A stretch of 49,241 nucleotides of DNA from assembly GCA_036390615.1 (NCBI GenBank), contig DASWBL010000057.1:1-49241 (forward strand), read 5' to 3'. The position numbers and the translations under genes are program-made. Below, one piece after another: positions 35,670-44,200 of this stretch; position 1 is the stretch's first letter; the number at the start of each line of letters is the position of its first letter. The notes under the pieces were generated by a model. That model ran no database searches and had not been told where the DNA came from. It worked only from the letters and a program-made list of their open reading frames with translations. The stretch is from Steroidobacteraceae bacterium (GTDB lineage: Bacteria > Pseudomonadota > Gammaproteobacteria > Steroidobacterales > Steroidobacteraceae).

Positions 35670-35926
35670 TATCACCGATTGCAACGATGGCTGAGCAAGG
35701 AAAACGGCTGCGGCGGCACTGCTGGTACTGCGGAGCGTGGCGGCGCTCGGTAGTGCTGGCTATGCCGCCGCAGTGCGCGCGGACGATCAGGAAGTCGGCG
35801 AGTACCACCACTGGGATGGAAGCCTGGACCTGATGATTCGCGGTTTCCTAGGTATAAGACACAGGCCTAATTGAGGATTCCGTAGTTTATTTAGTGATGA
35901 TCAAAGGGGCTATTGGAGACGGCGTC

Positions 35927-37234
35927 ATGACAGATCTGAAGCACATGTCCACGGAGCAACTCGCAGAAACCTTTGCAGCGCTATCCCGCGATTTAGTCTA
36001 CGGACGCGCTTGCGCGATGATTGGCCAGCAGCCTTTGCCGCATAAAAACTGGGCTGAGCGTTGCTTACGTGGTGTTCAATTTTTCATATTGAACGGAGCG
36101 GCACTACTGTTGACCTGTTGGCCGCTAGTCTCGTTTCCCCAGGGTGTAGCCGCCGAAATATCGGTAACACTAGCCCCGCCTTCGCTTCCGGTTTACACAC
36201 AACCGCCGCTCCCGGAGGACGGGTATCTTTGGATGCCAGGCTATTGGGCCTACGGGGATGATGGCTATTACTGGGTGCCGGGCGTGTGGGTTGAGCCCCC
36301 GGCGATCGGGTTGTTATGGACACCAGGTTACTGGGACTGGAACGGTGGCATCTTTGTATGGCAGGCGGGCTACTGGGGGCCGCACGTAGGATTCTATGGT
36401 GGTGTGAACTACGGCTTTGGTTACGTCGGAACCGGTTACGCAGGCGGTTACTGGCAAAACGGCGCGCTCTACTACAACCGCACCGTTGTAAACATCGGTA
36501 GTGTAAGAGTTGTCAATGTGTACCAGCAGCCTGCCCCCAATGTCTCCGTTGTTACAAGGGCGAGCTTTCACGGTGGTCAAGGCGGAACAACTGCTACGCC
36601 GACCCCCGCCGAACAGGCTGCGGCGAGGGATTCGCACCGGCCGCCAACCGCGGCGCAAGTGCAACAGCAAAGGTGGGCTGGCACGCAGCATAACCTTTTG
36701 ACTTCGGTAAACCATGGTAAGCCAGCCATCACGTCTACCCAAAAACCTGCGCAACGACCGGACTCCGGCGTTGCCGCCGCCCGGACGGGCACCCGAGACA
36801 ACATGGTCGCGCCTCGTAGCGCCAACAGCGGCACCGGCAGTACGGGCGCCCCTGCACGCGCCGCATCCGATCAGATCAAATTTGGCCAAAAGCCTGCGCA
36901 GCAATCGGGCTCCAGTGTCGCCGCTGAACGAACGGGCGCTCGAGAGAAAATGGTCGCGCCTCCTTCCACTGAGGCCCGCGCCGTCAACAGGACCGCCTCC
37001 GCGCGCACTGCGCCCGATCAGCTTAAATCCGCGCCGCCCATAAAGCTCCGCGACGTTTCCGCGCAGCAACGGCAGCCATTGCAGGTACAACGGCCGACTG
37101 CGCAAGAGCAAAGGCCAATGGTTAGGCAGACGCCGACGAAAGAGCAACGCCCGGAGAATGCCCGAAGTGCTCGGCCGCCGACGCGGCCTGAGGAGCGCCG
37201 TGAATCGAGCGGCGAACGCGCAAGTTCGGGTTAA
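35927..37234 (+). CDS. YXWGXW-repeat membrane/secreted protein with a low-complexity, internally duplicated C-terminal tail
   Basis: The aromatic-Gly repeats are YLWMPGYWAYGDDGYYWVPGVWVEPP, LWTPGYWDWNGGIFVWQAGYWGP and YAGGYWQNG. One hydrophobic segment (FFILNGAALLLTCWPLVSF) is present, and the tail is rich in P, A, Q and R. The ATG at 35927 follows GGAGA; the ORF is open from 35894. Confidence 0.68.
   Translation: MTDLKHMSTEQLAETFAALSRDLVYGRACAMIGQQPLPHKNWAERCLRGVQFFILNGAALLLTCWPLVSFPQGVAAEISVTLAPPSLPVYTQPPLPEDGYLWMPGYWAYGDDGYYWVPGVWVEPPAIGLLWTPGYWDWNGGIFVWQAGYWGPHVGFYGGVNYGFGYVGTGYAGGYWQNGALYYNRTVVNIGSVRVVNVYQQPAPNVSVVTRASFHGGQGGTTATPTPAEQAAARDSHRPPTAAQVQQQRWAGTQHNLLTSVNHGKPAITSTQKPAQRPDSGVAAARTGTRDNMVAPRSANSGTGSTGAPARAASDQIKFGQKPAQQSGSSVAAERTGAREKMVAPPSTEARAVNRTASARTAPDQLKSAPPIKLRDVSAQQRQPLQVQRPTAQEQRPMVRQTPTKEQRPENARSARPPTRPEERRESSGERASSG
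36740..37033 (+). repeat. In-frame tandem duplication, 2 x 147 bp (49 aa), inside the YXWGXW-protein gene
   Basis: Unit 1 starts at CAAAAACCTGCGCAACGACCGGACTCCGGCG (36740) and unit 2 at CAAAAGCCTGCGCAGCAATCGGGCTCCAGTG (36887). Both end in GATCAG(ATC/CTT)AAA. The peptides QKPAQRPDSGVAAARTGTRDNMVAP..SDQIK and QKPAQQSGSSVAAERTGAREKMVAP..PDQLK align. Confidence 0.8.
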
Positions 37235-37362
37235 CGAGCGCACTTTTGCCGCGACACTGTATTTAGCAACACTACCGAACGGACGGCTCCAGCGTCGCAA
37301 TTCGACCTTTCCCGACCGTGACTTTAGGTGATCCGATTAACAATCGGAGAGCGAGCCTGGTT

Positions 37363-37986
37363 ATGCAGGCCATGTCGACCGAGACCATTGTTACTTGCAG
37401 CACTTGCGGGCTAAGGCAGCGTGTGGCGCCGCTGCGCCAAGGTGCGATTTCCGTGTGTTGCAACTGTGGATCCGTAGTGGGCCGCGGGAGGAACAATGCG
37501 ATTGCGCGGACTGCAGCGCTTACGTTAGCTGCGCTGATTCTTTATGTCCCAGCGAATATCTACCCGATACTGACGATGAGTTATTACGGCGCCTATTCGG
37601 AAAGCACCGTTTGGGATGGTTGCGTTAATTTATTTCGCGACGGCCAGTGGCCGGTTGCGGTAGTGGTCTTCCTAGCGAGCATCCTGATCCCACTATTCAA
37701 GCTCCTCGGACTACTATACATCTGCATAACTACGACGTTGCGTTCGACCAGTGCGCAACTACAACGTACCTGGGTACACCGAGTCATTGCAGCCATTGGT
37801 CCATGGGCGCTGCTCGATGTTTTTATTGTCGCCGTACTGGTAGCGCTGGTGAAGCTGGGCGAATTAATCACGGTTCTGCCGGGACCTGGGCTATTGGCTT
37901 TTGCCGCGGTCGTCGTGCTAACTAACTTCGCCTCCACGAGCTTTGAACCCCGACTCATCTGGGAGCAGCGGGGAGGCCCGACGTGA
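37363..37986 (+). CDS. pqiA: PqiA-family integral membrane protein (half-size, single module)
   Basis: It has a Cys-pair N-terminus (CSTCGLRQRV..VCCNCGSVV) followed by TM segments and the block ILYVPANIYPILTMSYYG. The ORF is open from 37318, and I prefer the ATG at 37363. Its stop overlaps the next gene (GTGA at 37983-37986). Confidence 0.78.
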   Translation: MQAMSTETIVTCSTCGLRQRVAPLRQGAISVCCNCGSVVGRGRNNAIARTAALTLAALILYVPANIYPILTMSYYGAYSESTVWDGCVNLFRDGQWPVAVVVFLASILIPLFKLLGLLYICITTTLRSTSAQLQRTWVHRVIAAIGPWALLDVFIVAVLVALVKLGELITVLPGPGLLAFAAVVVLTNFASTSFEPRLIWEQRGGPT

Positions 37987-38882
37987 AGGGATCGGTATCC
38001 GAGATCTCCTCCTCTGCGAAGCCGCCCAAGGCGCTTGAGCGGAGCCGTCGCCTCAATGCTTCCCTTGTGTGGGTCGTTCCGCTGGTGACCGCGCTGGTGG
38101 CCGGGTATTTGGTGTACCAAAGGGCACAGGAATATGGACCAACAATCACAATTACGTTTAAGGACGGGAGCGGTCTGCGGGCCGGGTACACGCCTATTAA
38201 GTATCGCGGGGTAGCTGTTGGGCAAGTAATAAAAATTGGTTTGAGCAAGGACCACCAGCACGTGGTGGCTACCGCGCACCTGAAGCGCAGTGATGCCGAA
38301 CTAGTTCAGGAGGGAACTGATTTTTGGATCGTCCGACCAGAGGTCGAGCTGGGCAGCGTTACTGGGTTATCGACTGTCATGACCGGCCCGGAAATTCAGA
38401 TGCTTCCCGGAAACGGCAAACGGCGAGCAGATTTTGAAGGCTTGGAGTCCGCCCCGCCCGGGCAGGGCCGTAAGGGGCTCGAAGTGATTTTGCATTGTGC
38501 CCGTCTTGGCTTCCTAAGACCGAACTCGCCGGTTTCATACCGAGGCGTCGAAGTAGGGGTTGTGGAAAGCGCCCAACTTGGCTCCGATGCCACAACGGCA
38601 GACGTCAAAGTCTTTATTCAGCAGCGCTACGCTCACCTCGTTCGCGACGGCTCAAGGTTCTGGCGCGTTGGTGGCGCGCAGATCAGCGGTGGGCTTTTCC
38701 AAGGCGTGAAGGTCAAAGTAGATTCTTTAAGCTCCCTAGCCGAGGGAGGAATTACTTTTGCTACGCCAGATGATCCTAACGGGAGGGTCGCGAAAAGCGG
38801 CGCAGAATTTGCCCTTTATGATGATGCCTCGAAGGAATGGCTGGATTGGGCGCCACGAATACCATTGCCTAACGAGCAATAA
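37983..38882 (+). CDS. pqiB: PqiB/MlaD-like MCE-domain protein (two MCE domains)
   Basis: 299 aa with an N-terminal anchor (LVWVVPLVTALVAGYLVY). Two MCE cores are present: ITITFKDGSGLRAGYTPIKYRGVAVGQV and LEVILHCARLGFLRPNSPVSYRGVEVGVV. Confidence 0.78.
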   Translation: MKGSVSEISSSAKPPKALERSRRLNASLVWVVPLVTALVAGYLVYQRAQEYGPTITITFKDGSGLRAGYTPIKYRGVAVGQVIKIGLSKDHQHVVATAHLKRSDAELVQEGTDFWIVRPEVELGSVTGLSTVMTGPEIQMLPGNGKRRADFEGLESAPPGQGRKGLEVILHCARLGFLRPNSPVSYRGVEVGVVESAQLGSDATTADVKVFIQQRYAHLVRDGSRFWRVGGAQISGGLFQGVKVKVDSLSSLAEGGITFATPDDPNGRVAKSGAEFALYDDASKEWLDWAPRIPLPNEQ

Positions 38883-39076
38883 GCCAACGTCGGACGGCTA
38901 TAGGCAGCAGTGATGGCGCGGACCTCGCATAAGGACGGGCGCTGAATCACTGCAACACTAGCCTTTATTACCCATCGTAAGTCTCAGCCGAAGTTTCATA
39001 CCCATGCGACAGTGTGGGGTCGATTGGCTATGATCTTGCCAATGACGATTTACAGCTACACCGAGACAGGTAGCCA

Positions 39077-40522
39077 ATGACGCATTCGCGCTTTCGGCAG
39101 GGTGCGGGCCTCGCGCTACTGCTGGCAGGCCTTTTTCTGAGCGGTCTGACCGTCGCTGCCGGAAATGAGCTTTCCATCGAGCTGCAGCAGCAACCATGGA
39201 CCGGCGATTTGGATGGCATGATCAGGCGTGGGTTTATCCGGGCCCTGGTGCCGTACAACCACACATTATACTTTGTTGATCTGGGCGGCACTCAGCGCGG
39301 CATCAGCTACGAGTTTATGCGTGGCTTTGAGGACACTTTGAACAGCCGGCTCGGGCGTGGTGCCTTGCGCGTTGAAGTCGTATTTATACCAGTGTCGCGA
39401 GATCAGTTACTGCCGATGCTGGTCAGCGGGCAGGGTGACATTGCGGCCGCAAATCTCACCATTACTCCGCAACGACAGCAGCTAGTCGATTTCACGCTGC
39501 CGGGGGCACGTCACGTCAACGAGGTTATTGTTACCGGTCCCGGCGCGCCGCCGCTGAATACGCTTGATGATCTAGCCGGCAAAGAGATATACGTCAGTCG
39601 CGCGACTAGTTATTACGAAAGTCTCGTAACCCTCAACCGTAAGTTTACGGAACGCGGCTTAATCCCGATGAAGCTGCGTGAAGCTCCAGGCAATTTCGAG
39701 ACCGAGGATGTGCTCGAGATGGCGAACGCCGGACTGGTGAAGGTCGTGGTAGCGGATCGCTATATCGCCAACCTATGGCGGCAGGTGTACCCGAATATCC
39801 GGGTCCATGAGGATCTAGTAGTGCGCGAGAACGGCGACATTGCATTCGCCATTCGCAAGAATAGCCCGCAGTTTAAAGCACAACTCGATGCTTTCAGCAA
39901 AAGCCACGGTGGCGGCACCGCATTCGGCAACGTCACGCTGCAGCGTTATCTAGCCCAGACTCGCTGGGTAAAAAATGCAACGAGCCAGGATGAACTCAAG
40001 AAGTTCACGACGCTGGTCGGCCTATTCCAGAAATACGGCAAGCAATATGACATTGACTGGTTGCTCATGGCCGCGCAGGGCTATCAGGAATCGCAATTGG
40101 ACCAGAACCGGCGCAGTCAGGTGGGAGCCATAGGCGTGATGCAAGTCATGCCTGCGACGGCTGAGAAGCTGCAGGTCGGTGATATCAATGAGCTCGAGCC
40201 GAACATCCATGCCGGCGTTAAGTACATTAGACAGATTGTCGATGAGTACTACGGCGACGTGCCGATGGACCCCTTGAACAAGGTCTTATTTGCCTTTGCC
40301 TCCTACAACGCCGGACCGACCCGGATCAAAGGGCTGCGAAAAGAGGCACAAGCGCTAGGGTTAAATCCTAATGTGTGGTTCGACAACGTCGAACGGGTCG
40401 CGGCCTATCGCATTGGCCGGGAGACGGTGCAGTACGTCGCCAATATCTATAAGTACTACATCGCCTATACGCTGGTGCAGGAAGACGTCGCGCAGGATCT
40501 GGAACAACACAGCGTGCACTGA
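39077..40522 (+). CDS. mltF: Membrane-bound lytic murein transglycosylase F-like protein (SBP_bac_3 domain plus SLT domain)
   Basis: 481 aa with a signal peptide (GAGLALLLAGLFLSGLTVAAG). The N-terminal solute-binding-like domain contains GFIRALVPYNHTLYFVDLGGTQRGISYEF. The C-terminal SLT catalytic block is MAAQGYQESQLDQNRRSQVGAIGVMQVMPATA..SYNAGPTRI. Confidence 0.85.
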   Translation: MTHSRFRQGAGLALLLAGLFLSGLTVAAGNELSIELQQQPWTGDLDGMIRRGFIRALVPYNHTLYFVDLGGTQRGISYEFMRGFEDTLNSRLGRGALRVEVVFIPVSRDQLLPMLVSGQGDIAAANLTITPQRQQLVDFTLPGARHVNEVIVTGPGAPPLNTLDDLAGKEIYVSRATSYYESLVTLNRKFTERGLIPMKLREAPGNFETEDVLEMANAGLVKVVVADRYIANLWRQVYPNIRVHEDLVVRENGDIAFAIRKNSPQFKAQLDAFSKSHGGGTAFGNVTLQRYLAQTRWVKNATSQDELKKFTTLVGLFQKYGKQYDIDWLLMAAQGYQESQLDQNRRSQVGAIGVMQVMPATAEKLQVGDINELEPNIHAGVKYIRQIVDEYYGDVPMDPLNKVLFAFASYNAGPTRIKGLRKEAQALGLNPNVWFDNVERVAAYRIGRETVQYVANIYKYYIAYTLVQEDVAQDLEQHSVH

Positions 40523-40790
40523 GCGTGCCAACGGCGGATATAGCTCGATTCAAACCGTTCCGAAAGCGGCGTGCTATCTTGCCAAAGATTTATAACCTGT
40601 TGATATACATAAGTTTATCTCTGATTTCGCGGTCGCTAACGCCGTCATTCAATTTGAAAGCCTCCCGAGCACACATAAATAAGGAGTGCGCCAGGCAGAC
40701 CAGTCCGGCCGCGCCATGCGCCTGAGCTGCATCCACGGCGCCCTGCCCCCCGTATTTACTTGGCGGAATCAATAAAGGTGCACGCAGGTC

Positions 40791-41747
40791 ATGACGCAGA
40801 CTATTCCCCGGCGGCGCATAGCCGTTGCGCTAGCGCGCTGGCTAGACTCCGGTGTTGGCGACACGCCCAGTGACAACGACGACCGTATTGACTGGCTGCG
40901 CACGCTGCCCTTTATAGCTCTGCATCTGGGCTGCTTCGGTGTGATCTGGGTCGGCGTGTCGGGCTTTGCCGTCGCAACGGCAATCGCGCTCTATGCCGTG
41001 CGCATGTTTGCCCTGACTGGTTTTTACCACCGCTATTTTTCGCATCAGGCCTTTCGAACGTCGCGTACGCTGCAGTTTATCTTTGCCGCCATCGGGGCCA
41101 CCTGCGTTCAGCGCGGTCCGTTATGGTGGGCCGCGCACCATCGTAACCATCATCGCTACGCCGATAGCGGGCGCGATCCGCATTCACCGCTGCTGCGCGG
41201 ATTTCTGTGGAGTCACTTAGGCTGGTTTCTAACGCCGCGCGGATTCCGTACGGACTGGAATGTCATCGGGGATCTGGCGCGCTTTCCGGAGCTGCGGTTG
41301 TTGGATCGATTTGACATCCTGATGCCGACCGTGCTGGCAGTCGCTCTTTATGGTTTCGGTCAGCACCTTCACAACGCTCATCCCAGTCTTGGGACCGACG
41401 GCATGCAATTGCTGGTCTGGGGACTGTGCATTTCTACTGTGGCGCTTTTCCACGCAACCTTCATGATTAATTCCCTCGCACATCGCCTCGGATCACGTCG
41501 CTTCAGCACGCGCGATGCGAGCCGTAACAACTGGCTGCTGGCGCTGTTTACGTTCGGCGAAGGTTGGCACAATAATCACCACCGCTTTCCAGGCGCCGCC
41601 CGGCAAGGCCTTTACTGGTGGGAGTACGATTTGACCTATTACGGCCTTAGCCTTCTGGCGATACTTGGACTGGTGCACGACCTGCGGCCATATCCCGCCA
41701 ATCTGCGCACCGCGGAACGCATCAATGTAGTCGGGAGCTCGCCGTGA
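40791..41747 (+). CDS. Membrane fatty-acid (acyl-CoA/acyl-lipid delta-9-type) desaturase
   Basis: 318 aa with three histidine boxes in canonical order (HRYFSH, HHRNHHRYAD, HNNHHRF) and flanking TM segments. Confidence 0.88.
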   Translation: MTQTIPRRRIAVALARWLDSGVGDTPSDNDDRIDWLRTLPFIALHLGCFGVIWVGVSGFAVATAIALYAVRMFALTGFYHRYFSHQAFRTSRTLQFIFAAIGATCVQRGPLWWAAHHRNHHRYADSGRDPHSPLLRGFLWSHLGWFLTPRGFRTDWNVIGDLARFPELRLLDRFDILMPTVLAVALYGFGQHLHNAHPSLGTDGMQLLVWGLCISTVALFHATFMINSLAHRLGSRRFSTRDASRNNWLLALFTFGEGWHNNHHRFPGAARQGLYWWEYDLTYYGLSLLAILGLVHDLRPYPANLRTAERINVVGSSP

Positions 41748-43090
41748 ACGGCGTCAGTCTCGCGTCGACGATGCCATCTGCTCGTGGCGCAAATTGGCTT
41801 GAGCGCGCACTACGCCGACGCGTGCTCGAGTTGTTGCGTGGGATGCGGGACTGCGATTTGCTCATCAGCGAAGGCGCGGCGCGCACCGAGCTGTCAGCCC
41901 GCAAGGAGGGCTCGGCAACGCCACTGAGTGCTTTAGTGCAGATTCATGACCCGGCCTTCTATCGATTCGCAGCTCTCCAGGGTAGTGTCGGCGCGGCTGA
42001 AGCTTTTATGGAGGGCCTATGGGATTGCGACGACCTAGTCGCACTGGTGCGTATTTTGGTCAGAAATCGTGATCGTCTGGACGCGATGGAGCGTGGTCCG
42101 GCGCGAATCGGCGGAGTGTTACTTCGCGCGTGGGCCGCGCTGCGCCCGAATACCAGTGCCGGCAGCCGGCGCAATATTGCCGCACACTACGATCTTGGCA
42201 ATGAACTGTTCAAATTATTCCTCGATGACAATCTCATGTACTCCTCGGCACTATTCGCATCGGAGCACGATTCCCTGGAGGCTGCCTCGACACGCAAGCT
42301 CGAACGAATCTGCGAGAAGCTGGAATTGTCGCCGGAGACGCGGGTTATTGAAATAGGTACTGGCTGGGGTGGATTTGCCTTGCATGCCGCAACTCATCAC
42401 GGCTGTCATGTGACCACCACCACAATCTCGCGCGAGCAGTATGAGCTCGCATGTTCACGTGTCGTTGCCGCCGGCCTGCAAGATCGCGTCGACGTGTTGC
42501 TGACTGATTACCGGCAATTGCGCGGGCGCTACGATCGCCTTGTATCGATCGAGATGATCGAGGCCATTGGACATCGACAGCTCGGGGCTTACTTTCACCA
42601 AGTCGGTGAACTGCTGCATGATGATGGTATGGCACTTGTCCAAGCCATCACGATTGAAGATTACCGCTACGCGCAGGCCTTGCGCAGCGTGGATTTCATC
42701 CAGCGCCACATTTTTCCCGGCAGCTTCCTGCCGTCGATCAGTGCCATGCTGTCGGCGCTGGCGCGGGTCAGCGACCTGAAACTCTTTAATCTCGAGGACA
42801 TTGGACCTAGCTACGCTTTGACCTTGCGCGCTTGGCGGCAGCGCTTCATCCGTCAGCGTGAAAAGGCGCGTGCCCTCGGCTATCCCGAACGCTTTCTGCG
42901 TATGTGGGAATTCTACTTGGCCTATTGTGAAGGCGCCTTTATAGAGCGTTCGATCGGCGATGTGCAGATGCTGCTGGTCAAACCGCGCGCGCGCCGCCAG
43001 CAATACGTTCCGGGCCTGCTGGGCATCGGCGCGGATTTCCCGGGTTGTGGCCTGATCAAGGACACGGCACAACCGTCGGCTGAAACGTGA
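41744..43090 (+). CDS. Cyclopropane-fatty-acyl-phospholipid-synthase-family SAM-dependent methyltransferase
   Basis: 448 aa with the CMAS-family blocks NIAAHYDLGNELFKLFLDDNLMYSSALF, SAM motif I VIEIGTGWGGFALHAA, SIEMIEAIG and MWEFYLAYCEGAF. Its start overlaps the desaturase stop (GTGA at 41744-41747). Confidence 0.88.
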   Translation: MNGVSLASTMPSARGANWLERALRRRVLELLRGMRDCDLLISEGAARTELSARKEGSATPLSALVQIHDPAFYRFAALQGSVGAAEAFMEGLWDCDDLVALVRILVRNRDRLDAMERGPARIGGVLLRAWAALRPNTSAGSRRNIAAHYDLGNELFKLFLDDNLMYSSALFASEHDSLEAASTRKLERICEKLELSPETRVIEIGTGWGGFALHAATHHGCHVTTTTISREQYELACSRVVAAGLQDRVDVLLTDYRQLRGRYDRLVSIEMIEAIGHRQLGAYFHQVGELLHDDGMALVQAITIEDYRYAQALRSVDFIQRHIFPGSFLPSISAMLSALARVSDLKLFNLEDIGPSYALTLRAWRQRFIRQREKARALGYPERFLRMWEFYLAYCEGAFIERSIGDVQMLLVKPRARRQQYVPGLLGIGADFPGCGLIKDTAQPSAET

Positions 43091-43255
43091 TGCGTGCGGC
43101 CAGGGCAGAAGCCGCGGTGGAAAGATATTCCGACCGCGGTGCCGGACCCATGATGTCCGCCGGCGGCCGTCGTCGGCCCCTTCCGCGGGTAGCTGAATCC
43201 GCGATTGAACTGTGCGCAAGGCAAGTTTCGCAGGCGCTATTAGAGCGACGCCGAT

Positions 43256-43951
43256 ATGCTGCCTGCTAATCCGCAATTACTCGATTCATTGGCTGCGGAA
43301 TACGTACTTGGAACGCTTCGCGATCCAGCGCGCCGCAGGGTGGCGCGCTGGAATCATGACCTAGCCGAAATGCAGCGTGCCGTGCAGCGCTGGGAAAATC
43401 TGCTTCTGCCGCTGGCCCTGGCACTGCCACCGATTGAACCCCCATTCGAGGTCTGGATCGGCATTCGCCGCCGCATTGAATTCCGTCGATCCAGCAGTAC
43501 AACGAAGGGGTCAGCTCGCGATCGTCCGTGGCGATGGGCTGCCGCAGCAGTCGTACTGCTAGGTCTTATTATTGCACTTTGGTTGGGACCGACGCGTGAA
43601 CTGCCGCCGCATGAAGTTGCAGATGTGACCGCTGGAAACGGCCAATTGCTCTGGCGTATCGTCGTTAATGCGACGCAGGATACGTTGCGCGTTCGGGCGA
43701 TTGCGCCGGAGCGACATAGCCCGCGCGAGGACTTTGAGCTTTGGGCTTTGCCTGCCAAGAGCGGCAGCCCGGTATCACTCGGTCTGATGCCGGCACAAGG
43801 AGAGGTCAGACATCGACTCAACGCCAACCAACGCGAAGCATTGCGCGTTGCCGCCAAGATTGCGGTCAGTTTGGAACCCAGTGGCGGTTCGCCGGTCGGA
43901 GCCCCAACCGGACCGGTTGTGCACGTTGCCGACCTGCAGCGGTCTGGGTAA
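43256..43951 (+). CDS. Anti-sigma factor, RskA (anti-sigma-K) family
   Basis: 231 aa with an N-terminal ASD-like helix region (LAAEYVLGTLRDPARRRV..), a single TM (WRWAAAAVVLLGLIIALWL) and a C-terminal RskA-like domain (FELWALPAKSGSPVSLGLMP..IAVSLEPSGGSPVGAPTGPVV). Confidence 0.7.
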   Translation: MLPANPQLLDSLAAEYVLGTLRDPARRRVARWNHDLAEMQRAVQRWENLLLPLALALPPIEPPFEVWIGIRRRIEFRRSSSTTKGSARDRPWRWAAAAVVLLGLIIALWLGPTRELPPHEVADVTAGNGQLLWRIVVNATQDTLRVRAIAPERHSPREDFELWALPAKSGSPVSLGLMPAQGEVRHRLNANQREALRVAAKIAVSLEPSGGSPVGAPTGPVVHVADLQRSG

Positions 43952-44200
43952 TCGGCCGCCGTATTTTGCGTGACCTTTCAGCTCTTGCCAGCTCACGCCT
44001 CGATATCTTTCTAATCAACGGGTTAGATGCTCACAAGTTTCGTGGACCAGCATAGTTTTGACACCAGATTAAATTCTCGCGCCATCCGCCCCCAGCTACA
44101 ATTTGGCGGCTCCCAAGCACGGCCTCGAGGACCCGAAGAAAAGGAAGAGGCGGACGCTTGCGGAATCATGGAATTGATAAGCCAGCAAGGGAATTAGCGG

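Noticed and set aside
36314-37300. 328-aa minus-strand ORF
   Set aside because: It is antisense to the YXWGXW-repeat gene. Its extreme Arg/Leu/Gly content mirrors the Pro/Ala-rich sense strand, so it is a compositional artefact.
37593-38279. 228-aa minus-strand ORF across the pqiA/pqiB junction
   Set aside because: It is antisense to two coupled genes with good family motifs, and it has no motif, signal peptide or RBS of its own.
43087-43269. 60-codon ORF that might be a remnant of the missing ECF sigma gene
   Set aside because: I translated all three forward frames of 43087-43269. None shows a region-4 helix-turn-helix or any sigma-like block, so I treat it as non-coding spacer. It is mentioned under the orphan anti-sigma finding.
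42455-43276. 273-aa minus-strand ORF
   Set aside because: It is antisense to the CFA-synthase-family gene, whose SAM motifs are unambiguous.
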